Assembly: GCA_000165345.1 (NCBI GenBank)
Contig: CM000436.1
Span: 352,001 to 416,000, forward strand
Direction: 5' to 3'
Length of the DNA stretch: 64,000 bases
Shown here: piece by piece, positions 9,624-29,119 of the stretch
Numbering within the stretch: the first letter of the stretch is position 1
Layout of the letters: every line of letters begins with the position of its first letter
Made by a program: the position numbers and the translations under genes
The notes under the pieces: model-generated
Seen by the model: only the letters and a program-made list of their open reading frames with translations
The model's database searches: none
Told to the model about the DNA's origin: nothing

Positions 9624-12335
9624 ATGTTAATATCAAAGTTATTTAAAAGAAAAACAACAAATACATTGAATCATGTGGATAATGTAAATGTTGAGACTGA
9701 TCAACTATTTGAACTTAAAAAAATGGTTATGGAAAAATACAAAAATTTGATGAGATTAAAAAGAAATGATCAAGATCAAATAGATTATCGAATTTATATA
9801 GAATCATCATTTATCAATGATTCTTGTTTTTTGCCTCCACTTTTAATCGATAAAAAACCAGGAACAAAGCTTACAAAGTTAAATAATGATCAAGCACAAT
9901 TTTTGTTGTTAATGTTATTATATAATCAACAACTATCATTTCAAGAGAATATAATAAATCAATCAATTAATATTTGTTTGAAGGAACAATATATATTAAT
10001 AGTAGAACAAATGGTGAGAAGTTTAATGTTATCAAAGAAACAGAAAAAAATGGTAGTAAAATGGAAGAAGTTGAATAGTAATGTAGAATTATTTCCAATT
10101 AGTAATTTTGTGAATATTACTTCGAGTAATATAATACAAGGATTTATTGGAGATTGTTCATTTATTGTTGTGTTATCTTTATTGCTAGAGCATGAGAAGA
10201 AATTTGATTCAAATTTATTATCAAATCTGATAAGTCCAATAAAATTCTCAATAAAGAATCAAAATCATCAGAATCAAAATAATACTAATGGTTATCAAAA
10301 AATTCATAATTATGAAAATAATAATAATAATATTAATGAATTGGATGATGTGTTATGTCTTTATAAATGTAAATTATTAATTAATGGTATTTGGAGAAAT
10401 ATTTTTGTGGATAGTTTAATTCCTATTGATTCTGGAAATAATTGTTTGTTATCACATTTTGATTGTAATAAATATTATGGTATAACCTTAATTGAAAAAG
10501 CATATTTAAAAGTTATGGCAAATAGATATGATTCTGTTGAAAGTAATCCTTCAATAGATTTATATTATTTAACAGGATGGATACCTGAAACTATTTCTAT
10601 TAAATCACATTATGAAAAAAAAGGGAGCTATTTTCTAAATTTATGGAATCGTATAAAAAAGCCAATACAAAATGGATATTGCTTAATGGCTTTGGGTACT
10701 AATGAAATTAATTCAAATATTGATAATCATGCAAGATTAAGTCCTAGTAATTATAGAAGTTCTCGAGATAAACCACTTAATAGATTTGATAATGAAATTG
10801 ATAATAATCAGTTAGAATATAAGTTTATTTCAAAAGAAGATATTTGTAAAAAAACTGGATTAGTAACTAAACATGCATATCAAGTTTTAAGAATTGTTGA
10901 ACTAGTTAATCAAGAAAATGATTCTATTCGCAGATTAATTTTATTAAGAAATCCATGGGGAAAAATCAGTTGGAAAGGAAAATTCTCAAAATATGATAAA
11001 GAAATATGGACTAATGAACTTGTAGAATTATTAGGTAATCATTTTAATTATAAAGTTAATCAAGATAATGGAATTTTTTGGATTGAATGGAATGATATAT
11101 TGAAATGGTTTTCACATATATATTTAGCTTGGGATCCTGAAAAAGTATCCAAACATTTAAAAAAAGTACATGGTAAATGGTTACCATGCCCACATAATTC
11201 AATATTAAAAGATGATTTACATCTTTTATATTTTTATCCTCAATATAAGTTATCTATTGATACTAAGTTAATAAATAAATTAAAAATGGATCATTCAAAT
11301 TTATTGAATGAAAAAGAATTCATTAATCGAGACATTAATAAACCACAATCAAATATTAATGATTATAAAAGATTAAAGTTACATTTTGATTCAAATCAAA
11401 ATGATTATATTGAAGATTATTCAAAAAATAATCTATTTGTAAGAAAATGGAAAAAATCCGATATTATTGATTATGAAAATTATAATGTTGGTGATATTTG
11501 GATTGTATTAAATAGACATATTGATTATTTGGAAGCAAAAGAATTTGATGATAATTACAATAAGCCAGATATTAATAATATACCTTTTATGTCAATAAGT
11601 ATATTTAGAGGTAGAAGCCGAATAGTCACTCAAGAAAGGTTACCAATTATGCAAGGTGTCTATAGTAATGGTAATGTAATTACATTCAAAACAAGTATTT
11701 TTCAATTATTAAGAGAATATGAACATTTTGATTTACAAGAAAATAAAGATTTTGTATTAGTTATTACTCAATATCAAAGTAATAAAAGTTTTAATTATAC
11801 ATTAAATATATATAGTAATTTTGAAATGAGTATTAAGTTATTGGATTCTTATTTTCAAAAGATTATATATCCTATTAGTAATAATTATAGTTTTATAGAA
11901 ATTAATGGTAAAATTCTACATTATAATTATAGTGAAAGATATTATATTAGTTTAATGAGAAATTCAAAAATTAAATTGGTTCCTGCTATATCTAATAAAT
12001 ATTTTAATTTAAAAAGCGAAACAGATAAAGTAAATACTTTAAATTCATTTAAAAGTGAGTTATCTGATGAACATTTCAGAGTTTTAATATTATTAGAAAT
12101 TAAAGAAAAATGTAATAATTTCAAGTTAAGGATTTTTCCAGAAACCTTTGATGAACAAGACAAAATCACTAAATTGAGTTCCAGTAATGATTTATATAAT
12201 AATAGTAATTGTAAATTTACTACATCCATTTGCAGTTATGGTAATTACTTTATTTTGATTGATTTCAAAGAAAAACAACAAGATTTTGTAAAAGGCAACT
12301 TTTTTAAGCTTATTATTTATTATCAAAAAATTTAA
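9624..12335 (+). CDS. Calpain-like cysteine protease (peptidase family C2)
   Basis: 903-aa ORF starting at ATG. The catalytic triad motifs are present: QGFIGDCSFIVV (Cys), TKHAYQVLRI (His) and LLRNPWGKISWKGKF (Asn). It has a long C-terminal extension. Confidence 0.75.
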   Translation: MLISKLFKRKTTNTLNHVDNVNVETDQLFELKKMVMEKYKNLMRLKRNDQDQIDYRIYIESSFINDSCFLPPLLIDKKPGTKLTKLNNDQAQFLLLMLLYNQQLSFQENIINQSINICLKEQYILIVEQMVRSLMLSKKQKKMVVKWKKLNSNVELFPISNFVNITSSNIIQGFIGDCSFIVVLSLLLEHEKKFDSNLLSNLISPIKFSIKNQNHQNQNNTNGYQKIHNYENNNNNINELDDVLCLYKCKLLINGIWRNIFVDSLIPIDSGNNCLLSHFDCNKYYGITLIEKAYLKVMANRYDSVESNPSIDLYYLTGWIPETISIKSHYEKKGSYFLNLWNRIKKPIQNGYCLMALGTNEINSNIDNHARLSPSNYRSSRDKPLNRFDNEIDNNQLEYKFISKEDICKKTGLVTKHAYQVLRIVELVNQENDSIRRLILLRNPWGKISWKGKFSKYDKEIWTNELVELLGNHFNYKVNQDNGIFWIEWNDILKWFSHIYLAWDPEKVSKHLKKVHGKWLPCPHNSILKDDLHLLYFYPQYKLSIDTKLINKLKMDHSNLLNEKEFINRDINKPQSNINDYKRLKLHFDSNQNDYIEDYSKNNLFVRKWKKSDIIDYENYNVGDIWIVLNRHIDYLEAKEFDDNYNKPDINNIPFMSISIFRGRSRIVTQERLPIMQGVYSNGNVITFKTSIFQLLREYEHFDLQENKDFVLVITQYQSNKSFNYTLNIYSNFEMSIKLLDSYFQKIIYPISNNYSFIEINGKILHYNYSERYYISLMRNSKIKLVPAISNKYFNLKSETDKVNTLNSFKSELSDEHFRVLILLEIKEKCNNFKLRIFPETFDEQDKITKLSSSNDLYNNSNCKFTTSICSYGNYFILIDFKEKQQDFVKGNFFKLIIYYQKI

Positions 12336-12557
12336 AAATATGTTATCACAAGATTTATTCTAAATATTTTTTTACACGTCATTTTTGCATGCATGCAATA
12401 ATAATTTATTAAAAAGGAAGTTGATGTTTAATTTTATTAAAAATTTATTTAAATAAATAAACAAATTTCTTTGTTTTTTTTCTCTTTTTTTTGGAAAATT
12501 GTGTATCTTAAATAATTTAAAATCTGGTAGTGTTATATATACTTATAGTTAAATAAG

Positions 12558-13439
12558 TTACGTAGGAATAGGCTCAGAAGCTTCAACGGAAACATTGTCA
12601 GATCTTATATCAGCAGGTGAGGATATTAAGGTTTGATATTTAGAAGCAATTTGTCTTCTTGATTCTTGACAAATAGTTTTTACGACATCATTGATAGTTG
12701 GTCCTCCTAGTATAGATGCAGATTTTCCGTAAGTATCGAAAACCACGTTACAAACTGCATTAAATTGATCATGACAAGAATTACCAGTACAAGTCTTATT
12801 ATTTATTTCCAATAATCCAGAACTTACAAGTCCAACAAAAAAAGTAACACAAACTTGAAGAAAAGTCTCCTTGTATAAAACTTCCAAGGCTGGAACTTTA
12901 AACTTTTTTTTAGAAGGAATTGATAATCCATTTTTTATTAGTTGTTCTTGAATTAAACTATTTATTGTACTTTCATCTAACCATGTATCCATAGATAACA
13001 AGAATTTAGTACATTTTTCATAATCCAAATCTCTAAATCCAAGATCTAAATATGGATTACTTGTGAATAAACATATTCCAAAACCTTTAGATGAAGATTC
13101 TTTTTGCATTATTTCCTTAATATCTTTATTCAATTGTTCTATTGATGGTTTTTTAAAAAGTTCATTCAAAAATGAACCACCAGAAGCTAAATTACCAGTA
13201 TTTTGTTGTGGATTATTTACTATAATAGTAGTAGCTTGAGTACTTGTAGAAGTTGTAGGTAAATTGGCATTATTAACCAAATTTGGAGGTAATAATCCAC
13301 TATTTGCTAATAATTGTTGAGGAACTAATTGTCCAAATACATTATTTCTTAATCCATACAACAAATTAATCTTAATAACAAACTCAATAATAATTAATAG
13401 TATTATCCATTTTCTATATCTTATAACACAATATTTCAT
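12558..13439 (-). CDS. Hypothetical protein with N-terminal signal-anchor, Cys-containing
   Basis: 293-aa ORF starting at ATG 13439. There is a hydrophobic N-terminal segment (WIILLIIIEFVIKINLL). I recognise no domain. A (CCTCTTT)4 repeat lies upstream. Confidence 0.4.
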   Translation of the reverse strand: MKYCVIRYRKWIILLIIIEFVIKINLLYGLRNNVFGQLVPQQLLANSGLLPPNLVNNANLPTTSTSTQATTIIVNNPQQNTGNLASGGSFLNELFKKPSIEQLNKDIKEIMQKESSSKGFGICLFTSNPYLDLGFRDLDYEKCTKFLLSMDTWLDESTINSLIQEQLIKNGLSIPSKKKFKVPALEVLYKETFLQVCVTFFVGLVSSGLLEINNKTCTGNSCHDQFNAVCNVVFDTYGKSASILGGPTINDVVKTICQESRRQIASKYQTLISSPADIRSDNVSVEASEPIPT

Positions 13440-13575
13440 TCTTTATATATAATAAAATGTTATATTATTATTTGTATATTTAACATTTAAGAATATATTA
13501 AATACTATTTCCAACATTTGAATTTTTCTGTGTGCAAACAAATTCACTGTATTAATATTATACCCATACCTCATT

Positions 13576-13603
13576 CCTCTTTCCTCTTTCCTCTTTCCTC
13601 TTT
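13576..13603. repeat. (CCTCTTT)4 heptanucleotide tandem repeat, intergenic
   Basis: cctctttcctctttcctctttcctcttc, about 140 bp upstream of ATG 13439 (-) and downstream of the MED14 stop. Confidence 0.7.
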
Positions 13604-13789
13604 CCTCTTCTCTATTTATAAATTATCAAAGAAATATCAGCATTATTCTTTCCTCTCATACCTCTATAATATAAGCAATATATATATTCAATTCTCTTTT
13701 CTTTGAAATAGAATAATTCAAGTCTAAAATTGACCATTCAAGTTTTTTTATACAATTCGGTCACCATTTATCCTTCCAGGTTAATACAA

Positions 13790-22210
<8,421 letters not shown>

Positions 22211-22305
22211 CTTCAACTAATTTGCAAACTTCTTCCTCCTTTTTCCTTTTCCTTATCCCATATAATCCTCTTACCTAAATTTTCACTGCTTGACTTTGCC
22301 AAATG

Positions 22306-22314
22306 TTGGCGCCA
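22306..22314. promoter_or_regulatory. E2F-like TTGGCGCCA site about 100 bp upstream of MED14 start
   Basis: Exact palindromic TGGCGCCA core. Confidence 0.45.
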
Positions 22315-22696
22315 TTTCCCCACCAAGAAATTCTAAAAAGAAATATAATTGGGGTAAAAATCATCAGTTTTTGATGAAATTTATTTGAAACTAAGCAAAT
22401 TGAGATGGAATATAATTATTACTATTAGATTTATCTTATTTTATGAGTGAAATTCAAGAGAAGCTTTTTCAATAGTATTTCCCCTAATTTCCTAATTGAC
22501 TTTTTCAAGCTTACACAATATAATCAATACTGACATGGACAAATCTGAATATAAAGAAAATTAAAATTAATTGAAATGCAAATTAAGTTAAAATTAAATT
22601 AAACTATTAAAATATTCAAAGGTGAAGGCACTCAGCCAATTCTTTGATTTTTTCTATTCTTAAGGAGTTTGCTCACATGAGCAAAAGTTGAATTAC

Positions 22697-23779
22697 TTAC
22701 TCCGATAATTTTGATCGGATAACCTTTATTAACCACTTCTCGATATCTACAATACAGTCAATTTCGAATCTCTTTTGATCCTGCTGCATTTGCATGCAAA
22801 ATGTATTCCACTCTGATTTTGATTCTTGAGAAATCTCATTTGAACTCATTAGTCTGTTTCTGGTATTAATTATTCTCGAAATTTCATCTTGTGTAATATC
22901 AAAAACATTATATGTAGCTATTAGCTCGTTCTCTATCAACTTCGAAACAGGAGGAACTTTAATTGGCAAAAGTTTTGGGATACTAAAACTTGAATCATAC
23001 CAAGTGCCTGATTTACCTCCCATTATATACGTTGCTGCTATTGAAAGTCCAAAACAGTCGTAATCGCATAGAATCCAGAACTTTGTATCTTCTGGAAGAT
23101 CTTGACTTAGTCTGTATAGTAAAGTCCTAGTAGGTAGATCCGAAAATCCTCTAGCTGTAATTAATATACAAGAATTATCAAACTCTTTATGAAATCCAAA
23201 TTCTAAAAGTCTTTGGAAAATAGTATCCTTTTCAACAACCAAAACAAACTTGATCTTTGAATAGTAGCTAAACTTTAAACCATTCATACCCTTGAATAGA
23301 TAAGGACTTATCGAATGCCCCATACTTTCAAAAATGGACATACAATCCAATCTAACCTCTCTTCTTCTTTCACAAAATCCTATTTCGTATCCTTGAATTA
23401 TCAAAGGACCTCTTATCCTCCCTCTAGCTGTGGAAACCACGTTCAAAAGTTCTCGAGGAGTCTGTACTAGATGAGTTACTTGTGCAATATATTTGTCTGA
23501 AATACTTTGTTTTGTATATAAACTCGGATTATTATAATAAATATCTCTTAAAGTCGAATGGAAGCCTTCCTTGACATTTCTATGAAGAATATTCATAACC
23601 GAAACCAAACAAGTTGAATTGTAAATTTGACTCCTACTTCCTCCATTTATTAACTCCCTTATTATGCTACATACTGAACTTTCCAAACGACTTGTAATTC
23701 TTTTATCTTCACCTTCTAAAACAAGAAGCTTATCCTTACTTTTACCTCTCTCAATCAAATTCCTCTCTTCTTGCACCAT
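22697..23779 (-). CDS. SPO11: SPO11 / topoisomerase VI subunit A homolog (meiotic DSB transesterase)
   Basis: 360-aa ORF with ATG at 23779. It has an RDIYY catalytic-tyrosine motif and a Toprim domain with VVEKDTIF (Glu) and LCDYDCFG (DxD). ILITARGFSDLPTR matches the Spo11 motif LITGKGFPD. Confidence 0.8.
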   Translation of the reverse strand: MVQEERNLIERGKSKDKLLVLEGEDKRITSRLESSVCSIIRELINGGSRSQIYNSTCLVSVMNILHRNVKEGFHSTLRDIYYNNPSLYTKQSISDKYIAQVTHLVQTPRELLNVVSTARGRIRGPLIIQGYEIGFCERRREVRLDCMSIFESMGHSISPYLFKGMNGLKFSYYSKIKFVLVVEKDTIFQRLLEFGFHKEFDNSCILITARGFSDLPTRTLLYRLSQDLPEDTKFWILCDYDCFGLSIAATYIMGGKSGTWYDSSFSIPKLLPIKVPPVSKLIENELIATYNVFDITQDEISRIINTRNRLMSSNEISQESKSEWNTFCMQMQQDQKRFEIDCIVDIEKWLIKVIRSKLSE

Positions 23780-24083
23780 TACGCCATCACTTAATCACAC
23801 TTTCTTCTTCCATCCCACCTATTATTTTATCCCATTATATGACTTTTCCATAAAATCCCTTTAATTTCAAATATATTAATCCTATCAAATCGAAAAATAG
23901 CCGAAACCTTGGCTATACTTCGCTCCAGAAAAAAATTCAACAATTTAATTTCTCAGATTCTTCCTTCCCTAATATTGCCAAATACATTACAATTTTTTCA
24001 TGTCGCCTTCATTTTATATTTTTTCCCCTTTGGGCTCCTCTTGCATGCAAAACTCCTCATTAATAAAAATTGGTACACCAAAC

Positions 24084-24092
24084 TTTGGCGCC
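24084..24092. promoter_or_regulatory. E2F-like TTTGGCGCC site in SPO11 / gene 24638 divergent intergenic
   Basis: Exact motif, 305 bp upstream of the SPO11 ATG (minus strand). Confidence 0.4.
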
Positions 24093-24637
24093 TAAATGTC
24101 ACTCGACGTTAATTACCGTCAACCTTGGCAATTTTATTGCCGGCAGCATTTAGAGGTAAAAAAATAATATAAAATTGGTACCTAGTAAAAATTTGAGAGT
24201 TTTAGGTGCTTTTCTAGCCAAATTTTTTGAATTTCGGTATACTTTTCTAGATATATAATTGGAGTTGCTGTTTGTAGGGTTACTGGATATTATTGGATAT
24301 CAATTATAAGAAAGGATTTGATAAAATTTGGTATTGAAAATCAATTTTTTGGTATTAAAAAGGTTTTTTGGATTTTTATTCAGCTTCTAAGTGCTTATTT
24401 AGCAGAATTTTTTAACAATATTCTCAAAGCAATAAATAAGTTAAGTTTCTACTTTTCTTTTGGTATTTATATATTTTTGAATGCCTTTAATTAAAATTAT
24501 TAAATCGCATTTTTTAGACCCATTGCCTCAGGATTCAAATATAAAAGAGTTTTCAAGAGATAGAATACGGAGATAGGATTAATATTCGAGATTGAATCAC
24601 AGTGATTACTATTTTTCTGTTTATTTTAAATAATCAT

Positions 24638-26515
24638 ATGTGGCATAACGTTTCAAATAATTCATTGGCAAACTCATGTCTTCACAGACTTGATGATTAT
24701 TTTCGACATGAAAGTTCATCAAGTTCATCACAACTTATTCAGAATGGTATAATTCAAAGTAATTTAGGAGGTAATCATTTAATTAAGACATGTTCCTCTC
24801 CAATAGGTAACCCCCAATATTACCCTGGAAAAGATATGGAGTGCATAAATGCTCCAAGAGACCAAGAGAGAGTACTTAATAGCTATAAAAGCTTTCTAAA
24901 TATGGATAGAGTGATGCCCTGGATGTTAAACATTGATTCTTTTAACTTACCAAATAGCAACCAACAACCTTGTTCTCCTTCTTCACCTCCTAACAGTATG
25001 AATCCTGGGCATCAATTTGGCTTAAATTCGAATCCTTGTCAGAATCCGAATATGAATTCTAGTACATATGTTAGCAATCAATACCAGAATTCTCAGCAAC
25101 AACATAGCTTGCATAACTATAATCGTATTGATGATTTAAAATACATGGAGAAGATAAATTTATTTGCGGAACGTAATCCTCAATTAGGACTGAATAATGT
25201 TTTTAGTGCATCTCCAGTCAAGAGTGATACATCTACAGCAACTCCTTCATCTATGAGGTCAATAATTAATGATGGGTTTTTCAATAATTATCAAGATGAT
25301 AGAAAGTCTAGTATTCAAAGTTACTTTTCATCCGGAACAAGCAATCATCATGGATATGGTTTAAACTTTAATGGAGGAAATAGTACAGCTAGTAGTAGTT
25401 ACAATGGGAACAATAATGTATTTACAACTGGTTTAGGAGGGACAAATTTTGGAGGAATGGAGCATTATCGTTTAGGAGATGTTCCACCTCTTAGTTTTAG
25501 TTACCTTGATAAGAATAGAAATGAAGCTTACTACACCCAAGCAAGTAACCTTTTGAAGATTCTGAGTCCATCTTGGATTCTTTGTATTGATATTGCTGCC
25601 ATTTTACTTACTAATACAGATAATAAGATGGCATTAAGCAACATTGGTCCTAAACTATCATGTTTTGCCAGAGACGCTTTAAGGCAAATTAAGCAGAAGA
25701 AACTTTCAAGATTTATTAAAGAACATAGTAATTTCTTTGATATAAGAAGACCTTCTCCTTCACACTCTGCATTGTATGTTACTTTGAAATTTCCTTTGCC
25801 AAATATTGTTCAACAATTTCTACCTTCAATAGTCCAACTAAGGAAATATGAATTAGAAAGAAATCAGATGAACAATAATATCCAAGCAATGAATGAATTT
25901 TCTGAGAATGATTTGGAACAATCTCAAAATGTAAACTCAACAGCAACAGTGGTAATGTCGGAAGAAAGGGTGAATACAACTTCAAAAGAAGGTAGTGCAT
26001 GTAAATTGTCAGAAGATACTGACAATAAAGTGGAATGTACTTCAATTTCAAATAAACAGCAGTTTGACCAAAATTTAACTCAAAAAAAGAATTTAGAAGA
26101 GAAGAATTGTGTAAATGATCAAATTCCTAGCTCTGTAAAGTCTTATCAAGCTTATGAGTGTTGGTTGTGCGTAAGGGAGTTTGCAAATGTTCTTATTCAT
26201 CAACCAACACATACAATGGAATTAAGGGAAATCGGGGTTCTAATGTCTCAAAAGGCAAAGATTCAAGCTAAAAGAAATAGTTCAAAAAAGAATTACAAAT
26301 CCTTTTTATTATCATACCCAAAATTGTTTAGGATTTTTGGTAAAGATGATAATCACTCTATTCAATGGATTGGGTCCAGCCAAGACTTCATCAAATTGAA
26401 CTCAATTAAATATCAACCATCTCAATCAGATGATGAATTATTTAATATACCAACTTTAAATCAATCACATTTACAATTTTTGTTCAATCTTAACAACTCT
26501 TCAATGTCACTTTAG
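24638..26515 (+). CDS. Hypothetical S/N-rich protein with two possible OST-HTH/LOTUS-like modules
   Basis: The ORF-track start 24602 is GTG, and the first ATG is 24638. The N-terminal half is low-complexity. Two similar segments (ILLTNTDNKMALSNIGPKLS...KLSRFIKEHSNFFDI and ECWLCVREFANVLIHQ...NYKSFLLSYPKLFRIFG) resemble winged-helix OST-HTH repeats. This is a weak call. Confidence 0.35.
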   Translation: MWHNVSNNSLANSCLHRLDDYFRHESSSSSSQLIQNGIIQSNLGGNHLIKTCSSPIGNPQYYPGKDMECINAPRDQERVLNSYKSFLNMDRVMPWMLNIDSFNLPNSNQQPCSPSSPPNSMNPGHQFGLNSNPCQNPNMNSSTYVSNQYQNSQQQHSLHNYNRIDDLKYMEKINLFAERNPQLGLNNVFSASPVKSDTSTATPSSMRSIINDGFFNNYQDDRKSSIQSYFSSGTSNHHGYGLNFNGGNSTASSSYNGNNNVFTTGLGGTNFGGMEHYRLGDVPPLSFSYLDKNRNEAYYTQASNLLKILSPSWILCIDIAAILLTNTDNKMALSNIGPKLSCFARDALRQIKQKKLSRFIKEHSNFFDIRRPSPSHSALYVTLKFPLPNIVQQFLPSIVQLRKYELERNQMNNNIQAMNEFSENDLEQSQNVNSTATVVMSEERVNTTSKEGSACKLSEDTDNKVECTSISNKQQFDQNLTQKKNLEEKNCVNDQIPSSVKSYQAYECWLCVREFANVLIHQPTHTMELREIGVLMSQKAKIQAKRNSSKKNYKSFLLSYPKLFRIFGKDDNHSIQWIGSSQDFIKLNSIKYQPSQSDDELFNIPTLNQSHLQFLFNLNNSSMSL

Positions 26516-26865
26516 TGAATCATTCTTACCAAATTTCCTTGATCAAAAAGCCCAATTTAGTTTCAATAAATGAACTATTTCTGAACAAAATGTGTATAAT
26601 ACAAGTTAAGTGGATTAAAACTAACTTAAACGTTGAGGTTTAGGTTGTTTAAAAAATAAAAAAGTATCGTTTCGAAACAGTTTTCTTGAAAATTTGCGAG
26701 TGGTATTGTAGTGTGTTTTCTAAAAATTGTTATTTGATTTTTTTTCTTTTTTTTGCATTATTTTAAATTCACTGTTTACTTACACGTAATTAACTTGTCA
26801 GATTTTTTTTTTTTTGCTATTCAATTTTTATCTTGCATGCACTTAGACTGTAAAAATTTGCATGA

Positions 26866-26874
26866 ATTTGGCGC
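26866..26874. promoter_or_regulatory. E2F-like TTTGGCGCC site plus TGCATGCA upstream of nucleotide-sugar transporter
   Basis: TTTGGCGCC at 26866, with TGCATGCA at 26833, about 240 bp upstream of ATG 27112. Confidence 0.4.
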
Positions 26875-27111
26875 CTATTTGGCTTTGCCACGTCATTGAA
26901 AGAATTATTTGCCAAAATTGACAAATGATGTGACAAAAGAAGTAATATCAAAAGAATCAGAAATTTAAGTGTTTATGTTTACTAATAATTTATTGATCTG
27001 CCGATGAAGAGATAATCGGATTAATTTTGAAAAAATTGCAATATTTTGACATAAAATATAAAAGAGATTTAAAGGAAGAAAAAGAAAAAAAAGCAATAAT
27101 ATGGATTAAAA

Positions 27112-28398
27112 ATGATAGAGCTTTCATTGGGAAAACCAAGTCCTGAAAGAGGAGGTGATAATTCATTGATTAGTTTTCAGAAATATTATGAATTTGAAAA
27201 AGATTTAACAATAAATAGCCACGAGAATAATAACACAGAAAATTATGATATAAGTAATAACCAATTTGTCAATGTTGGAAAATTCTTAATCATTGAAGAT
27301 GAAAATTTTCAAAACAAAAGAGAAATAGTTACAGAACCTGTTATAGAAGTTAGAGAATTAATTAATACAGAATTAAATATTAATCAGCCTTCAGATTCTT
27401 TTCAATTAATGAAGGTTGAAGAATCTATTACGAGCATTTCAATTTCCATTACCATCTATATGATTGTGAGTATTTCAATAGTATTCTTGAACTATAAAAT
27501 TTTTTCAGGAATCATTGAATTTCCAATATTTGTTTCTTGGTTTCAACAACTAGTTGGGTTGGCAATCTTTCAAATTCTAAAAATTTATAAAAATCACCTA
27601 AGATTTGAATTGACTGAATTTACTCACTTTGATCATTTTGAATGGGAAACAGGAAGACATATGATACCATTAGCATTGTGTTTTATTGGAATGGTTTCTT
27701 TGAGTAATATATGCTTAAAACATGTATTAGTTTCAACTTATCAAGTTGCAAGAAGTACAACGATTATTTTTAATCTAATTCTTTCATATAAAATATTAAA
27801 ACAGAAATCTTCAATTTTTACTGTAGCATCTTGTATTATTGTAATGATTGGGTTTACAATAAGTGCATTTGATTCAAATACATTAAATTTGAATGGAGTA
27901 ATTTATGGGGTATTTTCATCAATTATACAATCATTTTATAGTGTATTGATAAAAAAACAGCTAAATATTGTTAATAACAATCAAATTCAACTCTTATATT
28001 ATCAGTTAATTTTATCTTCAATAATGTTTATACCTATTCTGATTGTTACTGGTGAAATCAGATTTTTTTTTATATTATTTGACATTAATCAAGGAATATT
28101 CAAAATATGTTTATTATTAAATTTCTTAATAATTTCCGGTGTTTTGTCAATACTAATCAATTTCTCAACTTTTCAGCTTATTAAGAAAACAAACTCTATA
28201 ACTTTTAATATTATTGCTTTACTAAAGTCATGCATTCAAAGTATTGGCGGGATTTTATTTTTGAATGAAATAGTTACTTTTCAATCTATTTTTGGAACAG
28301 CTCTAACATTATTTGGAACGTTTATGTATAGTTTTAATTCAAATAATAGAAACTCAATAAATAGTATGGAATATCAAGATTTAGAAAATAGAAATTGA
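27112..28398 (+). CDS. Nucleotide-sugar transporter (SLC35/TPT family, DMT superfamily)
   Basis: 428-aa ORF starting at ATG. It has a roughly 120-aa hydrophilic N-terminus followed by about 10 TM helices with SLC35-like blocks (FPIFVSWFQQLVG, ALCFIGMVSLSNICLKHVLVSTYQVARSTTIIFNLILSYKIL, LLYYQLILSSIMFIPIL). A paralog lies at 44923..46176. Confidence 0.7.
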   Translation: MIELSLGKPSPERGGDNSLISFQKYYEFEKDLTINSHENNNTENYDISNNQFVNVGKFLIIEDENFQNKREIVTEPVIEVRELINTELNINQPSDSFQLMKVEESITSISISITIYMIVSISIVFLNYKIFSGIIEFPIFVSWFQQLVGLAIFQILKIYKNHLRFELTEFTHFDHFEWETGRHMIPLALCFIGMVSLSNICLKHVLVSTYQVARSTTIIFNLILSYKILKQKSSIFTVASCIIVMIGFTISAFDSNTLNLNGVIYGVFSSIIQSFYSVLIKKQLNIVNNNQIQLLYYQLILSSIMFIPILIVTGEIRFFFILFDINQGIFKICLLLNFLIISGVLSILINFSTFQLIKKTNSITFNIIALLKSCIQSIGGILFLNEIVTFQSIFGTALTLFGTFMYSFNSNNRNSINSMEYQDLENRN

Positions 28399-28791
28399 GT
28401 TGAACTCAAAATAAGTGAATACTTTAAAATTTTTTTTGAAAAAATATTAATAATAATTTCTTTATACTAAATTGATTTGATTTATACAGTTAAGATTTAA
28501 TTTAACTGTTTTTTTATTAAAAGTGTATACTTGAGATTATGAAATGATATAGCCAAATATAGTTATTTTGTAAAAGATTTCAACTTGATCAATATATTTT
28601 ATTATTTTAAGAAAAAAAAAACGAAAACATATACATTAGTGAAATTTATTCTTAGAAAGTATAACTTCATTAAAGTATATGATAAAGGATTTGATTTTCA
28701 ATTTTTGGGTGAAAGCAATCTGATGATTATAATATATTTTTTGTCAAAAACTTTTTTCATTTAGTAGCCATTAAAATTATTTACACACGAA

Positions 28792-28802
28792 TTGGCGCCA
28801 AA
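28792..28802. promoter_or_regulatory. E2F-like TTGGCGCCAAA site upstream of gene 29120
   Basis: Exact half-palindrome GGCGCCAAA, about 320 bp upstream. Confidence 0.4.
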
Positions 28803-29119
28803 TGATAAAGACTTTAAAAAGCCAAAATTAAAAAAGAAAATATAATTAAGTAAAAAAATAAATAAATAAATTGAAAAATAACGAGATTTGAGATAAAAAA
28901 GGAGCTTGGGTATAAAAACAAAGGATTTAAATATATAATAATCGGATTAGCGCAAATATTTGTTGAAATATTGTAACATTTATTAAGTTTCAAATAGAAA
29001 ATAATAATTGGTCTTTATTAGAGGTACTAAGTACTAGTTAATATAAATCAGTAATAACTACAATGTTAAGTAAATATTATTTCTAATAAACTAAAGGTAT
29101 TAGGAAGTAATTTAGAAAG

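Noticed and set aside
13518-13706. 62-aa ORF in the spacer containing the (CCTCTTT)4 repeat
   Set aside because: The translation is driven by the simple repeat (FLFPLSSFLFS). This is promoter or intergenic sequence.
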